A DNA stretch of 64,000 nt from an uncultured Candidatus Saccharibacteria bacterium (GTDB lineage Bacteria; Patescibacteriota; Minisyncoccia; UBA9983): the NCBI GenBank assembly GCA_964456855.1, contig CAYWCU010000001.1:8442-72441 (forward strand), written 5' to 3'. Below the pieces are notes generated by a model that made no database searches, had not been told where the DNA came from, and worked only from the letters and a program-made list of their open reading frames with translations. Shown here piece after piece: positions 40,049 through 49,192 of this stretch. The translations under genes were made by a program, and so were the position numbers. Positions within the stretch are counted from its first letter, which is position 1. Each line of letters opens with the position of its first letter.

Positions 40049-40735
40049 TTAAAGCACATATCTTCCTTTTTTGTCATCGCGAATAATTTTTCCGTTCTCA
40101 AGGGTTATCACTCTCTTTCCCAAAGAATCTATAGCGGATTTATTGTGAGTCGCCATAAGAACCGTCGTCCCCAACTCGTTTATTTTTTTTAAAATCTGCA
40201 CAATTTCCCAACCGTTCAGCGGATCAAGATTACCGGTCGGTTCATCCGCTATGACGACATCGGGCTGATTGACAATGGCTCGCGCGATGGCGACTCTCTG
40301 CCTTTCCCCCCCGGAAAGCTGGCTCGGAAAATGAGTGGCTTTATCCATCAGATTAACCAATTCCAACACTTGCGGAATACTCTCGGAAATTTCTTTGTTC
40401 GTCTTCCCCGCCGCTTCCATCGCAAAAGATATGTTTTCATAGGCGGTCTTATTCGGAAGTAAACGAAAATCCTGGAAAACAACTCCTATCCTCCTTCTTA
40501 TGGCGGATAATTCATCTTGAGGAATGGAATGTATATTGACGGACCCGAAAAAAACCCTGCCCTTAGTGGGTTTGTCTTCGGCTATAAGAAGTTTCAGGAG
40601 TGTCGTTTTTCCGGCCCCGGACTGCCCGACAATAGAAATGAATTCTTGTGGCTCAACCGTAAAACTCACATCATCCAAAACCACCCCCGAGGGGTCTTTG
40701 GAATAAATTTTTGAAACTTTGTCAAAATAAATCAT
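40049..40735 (-). CDS. ftsE: cell-division ATP-binding protein FtsE
   Basis: GQSGAGKTTLL, LSGGERQRVAIARA, VVIADEPTGNLD. Confidence 0.85.
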   Translation of the reverse strand: MIYFDKVSKIYSKDPSGVVLDDVSFTVEPQEFISIVGQSGAGKTTLLKLLIAEDKPTKGRVFFGSVNIHSIPQDELSAIRRRIGVVFQDFRLLPNKTAYENISFAMEAAGKTNKEISESIPQVLELVNLMDKATHFPSQLSGGERQRVAIARAIVNQPDVVIADEPTGNLDPLNGWEIVQILKKINELGTTVLMATHNKSAIDSLGKRVITLENGKIIRDDKKGRYVL

Positions 40736-40785
40736 ATTTGTTAGCCAACAGTATCCAGTTTGTTGCCGATAGAATTAAAACTCCT

Positions 40786-41661
40786 CTATAAATTTTTCTC
40801 CGCTTCTATAAACTCATTCAATTCCCCATCCAAAATCGCATCCACATCCGATGTTTCAACTCTCGTCCGATGATCCTTCACCATTTGATATGGATGAAAA
40901 ACATAAGACCTTATCTGCCTCCCCCACTCCGCTTCGGTTGTTTTGCTCACCTTCATCGCCTCCTCTTTTTCTTTCTGAATTTCAAGATTTCGCCTGTATA
41001 ACTTCGCTTTTAAGAGTTCCATGGCGCGCTCTTTATTCTGCTGTTGAGAACGCTCCGAATCAACATGCACGGCGATATTGGTCGGCAAATGGACAACTCT
41101 CACGGCCGTTTCCCTTTTGTTGACGTTTTGTCCGCCAGGTCCGCCGGATTTGCTGAATTCAAGCCTTAGGTCCTTTTCCGGAATGTTAATTTCTTTTGAT
41201 TCCACGAAACGAGGTATAACTTCAACCATGGCAAAAGAAGTGTGGCGAAGTTTCTTGGAGGAGAATGGCGAGATTCTCACGAGCCGATGCACGCCGGATT
41301 CGTTTTTCAGAGTACCGTAAACCCTTTTTCCTTTCAGTTCAAATGTGATGTTCTTGTAGCCTCCCGATTCAGGCGCCTTGTGTTCATGCAAAATTTTTCT
41401 TTCCCATCCTTTTTTCTCAGCGAGTTTGGAATACATCTCAAAAAGGATTCTAACCCAATCCTCGGCGTCATCCCCTCCCGCTCCGGCAAATATTGTCAGC
41501 ACCGCGTCTCCTTTATCATATTTATGCTTGGCTTTCTCTTTCTCTTTCAAGACGCCAATTTCCTTTAAGACCTCCCGGGCGCGCTCTTTATTTCCCCAAA
41601 AATCAGGCTCTTGCATCTCATTTTCAAGCTCCTCCAGACTTTTTCCAATTTCATTCATCAT
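40786..41661 (-). CDS. prfB: peptide chain release factor 2 (short domain 1, no programmed frameshift site)
   Basis: SPF motif (RISPFSS) and GGQ (SGGPGGQNVN). The track ORF's first codon is TTG at 41688; the first ATG is at 41661. Only about 50 nt separate it from the tRNA genes upstream. Confidence 0.85.
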   Translation of the reverse strand: MMNEIGKSLEELENEMQEPDFWGNKERAREVLKEIGVLKEKEKAKHKYDKGDAVLTIFAGAGGDDAEDWVRILFEMYSKLAEKKGWERKILHEHKAPESGGYKNITFELKGKRVYGTLKNESGVHRLVRISPFSSKKLRHTSFAMVEVIPRFVESKEINIPEKDLRLEFSKSGGPGGQNVNKRETAVRVVHLPTNIAVHVDSERSQQQNKERAMELLKAKLYRRNLEIQKEKEEAMKVSKTTEAEWGRQIRSYVFHPYQMVKDHRTRVETSDVDAILDGELNEFIEAEKNL

Positions 41662-41737
41662 AAAGACATTATAAAGAAAAAAAGCCAATCTTGCAATTGA
41701 ACCGAAAAGTAAATATAATGTGAAAAGGTGAAAATAA

Positions 41738-41810
41738 GCCCGAGTAGCTCAGAGGCAGAGCAACTCCATGGTAAGGAGTAGGTCGGAGGTTCAACTCCTC
41801 TCTCGGGCTC
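41738..41810 (+). tRNA. tRNA-Thr (anticodon GGT)
   Basis: gcccgag...anticodon loop atGGTaa...ggttcaactcc...ctcgggc. Confidence 0.8.
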
Positions 41811-41816
41811 AAACAA

Positions 41817-41888
41817 GCCACCTTAGCTCAGTGGTAGAGCAACGCACTCGTAACGCGTAGGTCCTCGGTTCAAATCCGAGAGGTGGCT
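41817..41888 (+). tRNA. tRNA-Thr (anticodon CGT)
   Basis: gccacct...anticodon loop ctCGTaa...ggttcaaatcc...aggtggc. Confidence 0.8.
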
Positions 41889-41991
41889 CAAAATTAGAGG
41901 CGAAGGCGGACAAATTTACTTTACAGGCAAACGGATATATGCCAGTATATCAACAGTTTTTAGATAAAGAACTTTAAAAAGGAGGTAAGGG

Positions 41992-42402
41992 GTGAAGAGA
42001 AAAATACTGGGATGGATGTGGTTCGCCATTGTCGCCAGTTTTTTGTGGGCGACATGGAGCACGGACCCTGGCATACAAGTGCAGGGTATTATTGCCATTC
42101 TTATTGCCATAGAAGTGGCAATAGGGATGATTGTGTTTGCTGAAAATCTTTTTTCAAAGACCCTCGACCGGTCAGGACTGGTCTTTGAAAAAGGAAAAAG
42201 GGATTTCTTTTTATGTCAGACAATAGATGTCCGGCAAATCGGACATTTATTGTTGATTGTCCTGTCTGGGGGGGGAATAATGGCTCCTCTGACAGCGGTA
42301 ACGCTGATGGCGTTATTGTCCATAGGGGCATTAACGATGATTGTTTTTATCATCGTTAACCTAGATGATAAAATAGAGAAAGGAAAAAGAATAAGAAAAT
42401 AA
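41992..42402 (+). CDS. hypothetical membrane protein (GTG start)
   Basis: AAAGGAGG SD 8 nt upstream of the GTG; 3-4 hydrophobic helices; strong terminator follows. Confidence 0.5.
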   Translation: MKRKILGWMWFAIVASFLWATWSTDPGIQVQGIIAILIAIEVAIGMIVFAENLFSKTLDRSGLVFEKGKRDFFLCQTIDVRQIGHLLLIVLSGGGIMAPLTAVTLMALLSIGALTMIVFIIVNLDDKIEKGKRIRK

Positions 42403-42420
42403 AACGAAATAAAGAAACAG

Positions 42421-42452
42421 GGCTCTCCTCGCGAGAGCCTTTTTATTTTTTA
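42421..42452 (+). terminator. rho-independent terminator
   Basis: ggctctc-ctcgc-gagagcc + tttttatttttt. Confidence 0.6.
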
Positions 42453-42545
42453 TGCCGAAAATCATTGACAAAAAGGGATATATCTGCTAAAAAAGAATGA
42501 GAGGCAGAACCTTAACTTCATAATAAAAGATAAAAGGAGGCAGTG

Positions 42546-43793
42546 ATGAAAGAAAGGGTAAAAATGTCCACGCTCCCAAACGGGATTCGCGTGGTTACGC
42601 AGGAAAGGGTTTCAGGAAAGGTCGCGTTCGTGTTCATGGTCGGATGCGGATCCAGATACGACCCAGAAAAGGTGGTGGGTGTTTCTCACGCTCTGGAGCA
42701 CATGATGTTCAAGGGGACAAAAACAAGGAGCGCCTATGACCTCGCGAGGGGGATGAAGAACAATGGCGCTGGAACCAATGCCATGACAGGACTGGAAAGA
42801 ACAGCTTATTTCTTTGATTGCCCTGTTAGCAGGTTTGAAAAAGTTGTTGCGATTTATGCCGACTTTCTCAAAAACAGTGTCTTGGGAGAGGAGGAGTGGG
42901 AAAAAGAAAGAGGCGCTATACTGGAAGAAAGAAAAATGTGCGAAGAAAGCAACACAAACGCGGTTTTTAAACTGCTACAGGAAAAGATGTATAATCTTAA
43001 AATGGGTATTCTTGGGGATGAAGAGACCATAAGAAATATCAAAACCCATCATATGAGGGATATTATCCGCAAATATTACCTACCTAAAAACATTGTAATA
43101 TCAGTCGCCGGCGGAATCAAACACAAACGCGCTCTTGATATTATAAAACGGCTTTTCGGGAATTTTCAGGATTCATGGTCTTTCAATGAAAATCTCCCTT
43201 TTCCCCCTCCCATAGTAAGGAGTAAATGCCAATACGCCGAGAAAATATGCCAAGTTGAACAGACCGGCATGGCCATCGGCTTTCCCGGATATTCGCTTGG
43301 CGACAATCGCCGTTACGCATTGGCGGCGCTGTCCAACATTCTCGGGGGAGGGCTCTCTTCGCGGCTCTTTCAAGAGATACGCGAAAAAAGAGGTTTGGCT
43401 TATAGCATTGGTTCCACCGAGAGAAGTTTTAAGGATATAGGTATTTTATATATCTATATTTACACTACCAAACCAGTAGAGGCACTCGGAATAATGACAT
43501 CTGAGTTGAATAAAATACAAACCTTAATGGTTGCTGAAGAAGAATTGGGGCGGGCTAAATTCCAGTTAAAATCGGAATTGACTTGTCAGGAAAATTCTTC
43601 AAGTTTCGCCCTAAGCAACGCCCAATACCTACTCTTTCATGGAGGTGTAATTTCGGAAAGCGAGTACTGCGCCAAAATAGACGCGGTTACGGAGGATGAC
43701 ATAATTGAGGCGGCGAGAGATATTCTCAATCTCAATAAAGCGACAGTGGCCATAACCGGTCCAAAGTCGCTGAAAGAACGAATAGTAAAATAA
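42546..43793 (+). CDS. M16-family (pitrilysin/insulinase-like) zinc peptidase
   Basis: Inverted zincin motif HALEHMMFKGT; AAGGAGG SD 5 nt upstream of the ATG. Confidence 0.8.
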   Translation: MKERVKMSTLPNGIRVVTQERVSGKVAFVFMVGCGSRYDPEKVVGVSHALEHMMFKGTKTRSAYDLARGMKNNGAGTNAMTGLERTAYFFDCPVSRFEKVVAIYADFLKNSVLGEEEWEKERGAILEERKMCEESNTNAVFKLLQEKMYNLKMGILGDEETIRNIKTHHMRDIIRKYYLPKNIVISVAGGIKHKRALDIIKRLFGNFQDSWSFNENLPFPPPIVRSKCQYAEKICQVEQTGMAIGFPGYSLGDNRRYALAALSNILGGGLSSRLFQEIREKRGLAYSIGSTERSFKDIGILYIYIYTTKPVEALGIMTSELNKIQTLMVAEEELGRAKFQLKSELTCQENSSSFALSNAQYLLFHGGVISESEYCAKIDAVTEDDIIEAARDILNLNKATVAITGPKSLKERIVK

Positions 43794-43809
43794 GCGAACA
43801 AAAAACTCA

Positions 43810-43841
43810 AATGGGAATCCTCGCCGGATTCCCATTTTTTT
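43810..43841. terminator. bidirectional terminator hairpin (aatgggaatcc/ggattcccatt + T-run)
   Basis: Lies between the convergent M16 and MetY-like genes. Confidence 0.55.
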
Positions 43842-45018
43842 ATTTGAGAGAGTTTTCCAAATCTTCAATTATATCTTCAATATCCTCAATTCCGACCGAA
43901 ATTCTCACCATGCCGTCCGTGATGCCGGCCTTTTTTCTTTCCTCCTCCCCGAGCTGCTGATGTGTGGTTGAAGCCGGATGTATCGCCAATGTTTTCACGT
44001 CCCCGAGATTCGCCATATGTCCGATAATGTCCAGAGAGTTTATGAATTTTACGCCCGCTTCCATTCCGCCTTTCAACTCAAAAGAAAACAGCGAACTGGC
44101 GCCTCTCATCTGCTTCTTCCCTAATTCATATTGCGGATGCGACGGCAGTCCGACATAATTGACTTTCTCAACGGCGGGATGTTTTTCCAGATATTCTGCC
44201 ACCTTCAATGCGTTTTCGCTGTGCCTCTCCATCCTCATTTTCAAAGTCTTGATTCCCTGCAAAATAAACCACGCGTCAACCGCCTGCAGCGAAGGACCGA
44301 TATCACGGAAACCTTCCATGCGAATCTTGTCTATGAATTCTTTTTTCCCGAGCACCGCTCCACCGAGAGTCGTTCCCAATCCGCCAATGTATTTCGTAAG
44401 AGAATGAACAACGACATCCGCTCCGAGCTCAATGGGGTTCTGCAGAGCGGGCGTGCAGATGGTGTTGTCTATCACCAGAGGGATGCCGTGTTTCTTTGCC
44501 AATTTGGCGAGCTCGGCAATATCAACTATTTCATTCGTGGGGTTTCCAGGAGTCTCCGCGTAAAGAAATTTTGTTTTATCCGTTATCAATTCTTCCCACT
44601 TGCCTAAATCGCTCACATCATCCGCGAACTTAACTTGGATACCCAGTTTTTTGAGCGTCTCGCTGAACAGGTGGAATGTTCCGCCGTAAACCCTGTTGCC
44701 GGAAACAAACTCGTCGCCCGCCTGCGCCAGATGAATGACGGCCATAAAAATGGCGGACATTCCAGTAGAGGAACAGAGTCCCGCCTCGGCGCCTTCCAAG
44801 TCTGCCAGTTTCTTTTCCAAAACGTCAACTGTGGGATTGTTGATTCTGCTGTACACGAAACCCTCCGCCTCGCCACTGAAAATTTGGGCGGCGTTCTCGG
44901 TGTTCAGAAAATGATAAGCCGCCGTCTGAAAAATGGGCACGGCGCACGACTGCTTGTCCCCGCACGGATACCCCGAATGAATCGCCCTTGTATTGAAACC
45001 CACTTTCTTTTTTTTCAT
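43840..45018 (-). CDS. Cys/Met-metabolism PLP-dependent enzyme (O-acetylhomoserine sulfhydrylase MetY / cystathionine synthase-lyase family)
   Basis: GFNTRAIHSG..., HSLTKYIGG (PLP lysine region); ATG at 45018. Confidence 0.75.
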   Translation of the reverse strand: MKKKKVGFNTRAIHSGYPCGDKQSCAVPIFQTAAYHFLNTENAAQIFSGEAEGFVYSRINNPTVDVLEKKLADLEGAEAGLCSSTGMSAIFMAVIHLAQAGDEFVSGNRVYGGTFHLFSETLKKLGIQVKFADDVSDLGKWEELITDKTKFLYAETPGNPTNEIVDIAELAKLAKKHGIPLVIDNTICTPALQNPIELGADVVVHSLTKYIGGLGTTLGGAVLGKKEFIDKIRMEGFRDIGPSLQAVDAWFILQGIKTLKMRMERHSENALKVAEYLEKHPAVEKVNYVGLPSHPQYELGKKQMRGASSLFSFELKGGMEAGVKFINSLDIIGHMANLGDVKTLAIHPASTTHQQLGEEERKKAGITDGMVRISVGIEDIEDIIEDLENSLK

Positions 45019-45095
45019 GATTTTTATGCGTTGTTTATTATAATTTATCGCAGTTGTTATATTATAAAGAAAAACACGCCATTTATCAAAAAAGT

Positions 45096-45120
45096 GGCCC
45101 CAAACCGTCGGTTTGGGGCC
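45096..45120 (-). terminator. terminator hairpin ggccccaaacc-gtcg-gtttggggcc
   Basis: Directly downstream of the M42 peptidase stop on the minus strand, followed by a T-run on that strand. Confidence 0.55.
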
Positions 45121-45125
45121 TAATT

Positions 45126-46205
45126 TTACAAACAAGTATCTGTTATTTCTTTTATACTATTATCCTCCCTCAACCAGACACCCGCTATCAACTTGATAGC
45201 GGCCTCCACGTCCCCCTCGTGGACCATCTCCACGGGGGAATGCATATACCTGTTCGGTATAGAAATCAGCGCGGTCGGCACTCCCGCGCGGCTGACCTGC
45301 ATTTCCCGAGCGTCCGTTCCCGTCACTCCGGGAGCGGCTTCTATCTGGATTTTAATGTCCAGTTCTGCCGCCGTCCGCCTGATTTTTTCAAAAAGGCTGG
45401 GGTTGATATTCGGGCCCCGGGCGACAATCGGTCCGCCACCCATTTTCATAGATCCCAGCGCCTTAACATCCTCGCTGGAATCCGGCACGTCGGTAGCGAA
45501 ACCAACGTCCACGGCTATCCCGAAATCGGGATTGATGCCGTAGGCGGATGTTTTCGCGCCCCGGCAGCCGATTTCCTCTTGAACGGTCGCCACGGCGTAC
45601 ACCGCCGCTTTCGGCTTCATTTTGGAAATCAGGCTCAATGCCTCCAAAATGATAAAGGCGCCGATTTTGTCATCAAACCCGCGACCCGTGAGAAGTCCGT
45701 TTCTCAAACTTCTCATTCCCGGGCTGGAGATAACGGCCGAATCGCCAATGCTGACGACCGACACTGCCTCCTTATAATCTTTGAATCCGCAATCTATCCA
45801 AAGACTGCGGAATTCCGCCACCCTCTTACTCTCTTCCAGAGAGAGAAGATGAATCGGCTTCTTGCCGATTACCCCAATTACAGGGCCGGTCCCTGTCCTG
45901 ATCTCAACGCGCTGGCCGGGTAAAATCTGCCGGTCCCAGCCTCCTATTCCTCTGAAATAAAGGAACCCTTGCGGATTGATATATGTAATCATCAATCCGA
46001 TTTCATCAATGTGCCCCGCGAGCATTATGCGGGGGCTTCCTTCAGGGTTCACCACGGCGATTGAATTGCCGTGAGAATCCGTATAAACCTTGTCGGCGAA
46101 TCTCTTCGCTTTTTTCCGCCAAATGGCGGAAATCTCTTCTTCAAACCCTGATGGAGACGGTGTCTCCATCAAGAACTGTAAAAATTCATAACTGTCAGTT
46201 TTCAC
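45126..46205 (-). CDS. M42-family aminopeptidase (FrvX/YsdC-like)
   Basis: M42 core (HIDEIGLMI...); GTG start at 46205. Confidence 0.8.
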   Translation of the reverse strand: MKTDSYEFLQFLMETPSPSGFEEEISAIWRKKAKRFADKVYTDSHGNSIAVVNPEGSPRIMLAGHIDEIGLMITYINPQGFLYFRGIGGWDRQILPGQRVEIRTGTGPVIGVIGKKPIHLLSLEESKRVAEFRSLWIDCGFKDYKEAVSVVSIGDSAVISSPGMRSLRNGLLTGRGFDDKIGAFIILEALSLISKMKPKAAVYAVATVQEEIGCRGAKTSAYGINPDFGIAVDVGFATDVPDSSEDVKALGSMKMGGGPIVARGPNINPSLFEKIRRTAAELDIKIQIEAAPGVTGTDAREMQVSRAGVPTALISIPNRYMHSPVEMVHEGDVEAAIKLIAGVWLREDNSIKEITDTCL

Positions 46206-46315
46206 TTTCTTCCTCCTTGCTTAGAAAAAATTTGATTGTTAAACTGCTTAAACTGTTTCCAATACTACTGAAATAATACCGCTTTGTCAACGAAACTAAG
46301 TAAATTCAATGTGTT

Positions 46316-46352
46316 GATACTCACTTGGGTGCCTTGCACCTAAGTGAGTATC
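46316..46352. promoter_or_regulatory. 14-bp near-perfect inverted repeat (gatactcacttggg-N9-cctaagtgagtatc) upstream of the M42 peptidase gene
   Basis: 13 of 14 positions match between the arms; the spacer tgccttgca is itself palindromic. A candidate operator or 5-prime UTR hairpin. Confidence 0.3.
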
Positions 46353-46500
46353 ATTCAAGCGAGAGTTGCAAATTGTCCGATATTGTGCAAAAATAACAAC
46401 ACAAGGACATTAAAAAAGATTCAGCAACAGGAGCGAAGCGATGAAACTTGAAAAATATCTGAAGTCGCTGAAAAATAGAGAGCGTTTACTACAATGGATA

Positions 46501-46569
46501 GCGGGATGGAGGAGTAGTACCTCGGGAGGCTCATAACCTCCAGGCGCCGGTGCAATTCCGGCTCCCGCA
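46501..46569 (+). tRNA. putative tRNA with CAT anticodon (Met/fMet/Ile2), non-canonical short form
   Basis: Acceptor gcggga/tcccgc, anticodon stem ggagg/cctcc with loop ctCATaa, T-arm gccgg-tgcaatt-ccggc. Only about 69 nt, with atypical D-arm spacing. Confidence 0.45.
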
Positions 46570-46582
46570 ACAAGAAAAACAG

Positions 46583-46605
46583 AAAACCGCCATTACGGCG
46601 GTTTT
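46583..46605. terminator. bidirectional terminator (aaaaccgcc-attac-ggcggtttt)
   Basis: 9-bp stem flanked by A-run and T-run, between convergent tRNA genes. Confidence 0.5.
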
Positions 46606-46617
46606 CTGTTTTCTGTG

Positions 46618-46692
46618 CGCAGCCGACCGGATTTGAACCGGCGATCTCCTCCGTGACAGGGAGGCGTGTTAACCGGGCTACACCACGGCTGC
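46618..46692 (-). tRNA. tRNA-Asp (anticodon GTC)
   Basis: Minus strand gcagccg...anticodon stem cctcc / loop ctGTCac / ggagg...ggttcaaatcc...cggctgc. Confidence 0.8.
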
Positions 46693-46701
46693 ATTCCACT
46701 G

Positions 46702-46775
46702 TGCCGATGGGAGGATTTGAACCTCCGACCCCAGCTTTATGAGTGCTGTGCTCTAACCAACTGAGCTACACCGGC
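46702..46775 (-). tRNA. tRNA-Met or Ile2 (anticodon CAT)
   Basis: Minus strand gccggtg...anticodon loop ctCATaa...ggttcaaatcc...catcggc. Confidence 0.75.
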
Positions 46776-46851
46776 ATATGGCGCGACTGGTGTGAGGATA
46801 AGAATAAACTACGCCGGCAACTCCCCTCACCTAATAGAGTATAAATGAAAC

Positions 46852-47427
46852 TCAAAGGTATTTCAACTCCTTGAGCGCCTTTTCATATTTTTCAACCGCT
46901 CCTTGCGCCGTCGCTCTGTCAAGTTCCATTTTTCCAGGTTCGTGGACTATCCTATTTCTTATTTTGTGCGCCTCCCAAATATTTTGCAAATTTTCAAAAT
47001 CGCTTGACTCTATGGTTTTCAGCCGCTCGGCCAAAGTTTTTCCTTCATATCCGATTCTTTTCATTATATCGTCAATAAGGGAATCAGCTTCAATAATCGC
47101 CATTTTCCATTCAATGGGATTGTCGCCATCAAGATGGCGTTTGATTTCATTCCACCTCGCCACGCGTTTTTCGGGCAATTCCTCTTCAGAGAGAAAATCA
47201 AAATAAGCAATAATTTTCTTTTTGCGCAAACGAATTATTTTACAAACAACAATAATAATCGCGATAGCAAGAATAATGGAAACAACAATTGAAACGGTCT
47301 TCAGATGAAAACGCGACAACCAATTCAAAAATTCCAACAGTTTCTCCGGCAAGAGCCTTAAAAATTCAAAAAATCTGTTGAACCAATACTCAAGATTTAA
47401 ATATTCTGGTGTCGGGAGCTTATTCAT
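46852..47427 (-). CDS. hypothetical single-TM protein (191 aa)
   Basis: The first ATG after the gatA stop is at 47427. A TM helix IVVSIILAIAIIIVV precedes a conserved-looking C-terminal domain. Confidence 0.45.
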   Translation of the reverse strand: MNKLPTPEYLNLEYWFNRFFEFLRLLPEKLLEFLNWLSRFHLKTVSIVVSIILAIAIIIVVCKIIRLRKKKIIAYFDFLSEEELPEKRVARWNEIKRHLDGDNPIEWKMAIIEADSLIDDIMKRIGYEGKTLAERLKTIESSDFENLQNIWEAHKIRNRIVHEPGKMELDRATAQGAVEKYEKALKELKYL

Positions 47428-48838
47428 GTGATTCGTATTGTTTTCCCAATTTAAATAAAATGTCCTCGCGGAACCATGGAGCCATAAACTGAATCCCGGC
47501 GGGAAGGCTGTCACCGGTTTTCCCGGGAACGGATATTGCCGGAACACCTGCCAAATTCGCCGAAACGGTAAAGACATCCGAAAGATACATCTGGACGGGA
47601 TCGTCAGTTTTTTCTCCAAATTTGAATGCCACAGTCGGAGCGGTAGGCAGAATTATGGCGTCAACATCCTTAAAGAGTTTTTGAAATTGTCCTTTTATCA
47701 TGGCGCGAACCTTTCCGGCTTTTCCATAATAGGCGTCGTAATATCCGGCCGATAAAACATAAGCGCCGAGCATAACTCGCCTCCGCGCTTCTCTGCCAAA
47801 TCCAGCCGCTCTGGTTTCCATATAGTCTTCCAAAAGATTCTTTCCTTGTTTAAGAAAACCATATCTCACTCCATCAAAGCGAGCGAGGTTGGCGGAAACT
47901 TCCGCCGGCATAATTATGTAGTAACAAGGCAATGAATATTTAAGAAGTGGTAATTCCACCTCTTTAATTTCGTGTCCGAGTTTTTTCATTTTTGCAATCG
48001 CCTCTTTCATGGTTTCTGCCACTGTTTCGTCAATTCCGCTATCATCATATTTTAAGACCCCTATTCTTAAGGGTTTTTCCAAATTATCTCCCGCGACTCT
48101 CGCCGGACTTTCCACCGAGGTTGAGTCTTTCTCGTCGCGCCCTTTTATAACATTAAAAACAATCTCGGCATCCTCAACCGTCTTAGTCAAAGGTCCTATC
48201 TGATCCAAGGATGACGCCATGGCCATCAAACCGTACCGAGATACGGATCCGTAGGTGGGCTTTAACCCCACCACGCCGCAAAAACTTGCGGGTTGACGAA
48301 CGGAACCCCCTGTGTCAGAACCAATACCCACCAGAGCGCCATCCATCGCCACAGCCGCGGCAGATCCTCCAGAGGATCCCCCAGGAACCCTTTCAATATC
48401 AAGAGGATTTTTTGTAGGTCCGAAAGCGGATGTTTCCGTTGACGAACCCATGGCAAATTCATCCATATTCGTTCTGCCGAGAAAAATTGCCCCGGCGGAG
48501 CGTAATTTTTCAATGACTGAAGCGTCGTAGACGGCGGTGTAATTTTCCAAAATCTTTGATCCGGCTGAACAGGTTTTGCCTTTTATTAAAATATTGTCCT
48601 TAATCGCGAAAGGAATCCCCGACAACGCCTTAGGCTCGTCTCCCGCCAAAATTTGCTTATCAATTTCTTCGGCGCGCGCGAAAGCCTCTTCGTCAAAAGT
48701 TTCCAAATAGGCGTGAACTTCGCCGTTTTTTTTCTTGATATTTTCCTGGTAGGCAATCAAAATCTCCCGCGCCGAAATATCTCCGTCGTGTATCATGCCA
48801 ATAGCCTTCTTAATGCTGAGATTTTTTAAGTCAATCAT
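47420..48838 (-). CDS. gatA: Asp-tRNA(Asn)/Glu-tRNA(Gln) amidotransferase subunit A
   Basis: Amidase-signature family with GatA-typical sequence throughout (GGSSGGSAAAVA). Confidence 0.9.
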   Translation of the reverse strand: MIDLKNLSIKKAIGMIHDGDISAREILIAYQENIKKKNGEVHAYLETFDEEAFARAEEIDKQILAGDEPKALSGIPFAIKDNILIKGKTCSAGSKILENYTAVYDASVIEKLRSAGAIFLGRTNMDEFAMGSSTETSAFGPTKNPLDIERVPGGSSGGSAAAVAMDGALVGIGSDTGGSVRQPASFCGVVGLKPTYGSVSRYGLMAMASSLDQIGPLTKTVEDAEIVFNVIKGRDEKDSTSVESPARVAGDNLEKPLRIGVLKYDDSGIDETVAETMKEAIAKMKKLGHEIKEVELPLLKYSLPCYYIIMPAEVSANLARFDGVRYGFLKQGKNLLEDYMETRAAGFGREARRRVMLGAYVLSAGYYDAYYGKAGKVRAMIKGQFQKLFKDVDAIILPTAPTVAFKFGEKTDDPVQMYLSDVFTVSANLAGVPAISVPGKTGDSLPAGIQFMAPWFREDILFKLGKQYESHE

Positions 48839-48865
48839 TTTAATATAAAATTAAAAATCAATATT

Positions 48866-49153
48866 CTATTCAAGCGCGCGCTTTACCTTCACATATCCTC
48901 CTTCGGTAAAAGGAGCCTCTTCCAGCAAGGAATCAGAAAACTCTCCCGGTTCGTTTGTCGGTTTATCTTCACGCTCCACATTTTCCAAACCGCTCGCGCC
49001 AAAAACCCGTTTGTCATCCATTTCTTCAACATCCAGTTCCGTCAATTTGGAAATATAATTCAAAACATCCTCAAACTCGGTTTGAAGTTTCTCTTTTTCG
49101 TCTGATCCCAATTTGATTCTGGCCAATAAAGCTAATTTTTCAATATCTACCAT
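48866..49153 (-). CDS. gatC: Asp/Glu-tRNA amidotransferase subunit C
   Basis: IDIEKLALLARIKLGSDEKEKLQTEFEDVLNYISKL is the GatC pattern; ATG at 49153. Confidence 0.75.
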   Translation of the reverse strand: MVDIEKLALLARIKLGSDEKEKLQTEFEDVLNYISKLTELDVEEMDDKRVFGASGLENVEREDKPTNEPGEFSDSLLEEAPFTEGGYVKVKRALE

Positions 49154-49192
49154 TATTCTTAAATTATATACTAAATGTGCTAAAATTCCAGC

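Noticed and set aside
40786-41688. UGA stop-codon reassignment (code 25/4)
   Set aside because: An RF2 gene with SPF is present and TGA terminates well-supported ORFs (for example 17481-17894 and 24993-25703), so this is standard code 11.
46421-46699. 92-aa minus-strand ORF
   Set aside because: It overlaps three tRNA genes and is not a plausible protein gene.
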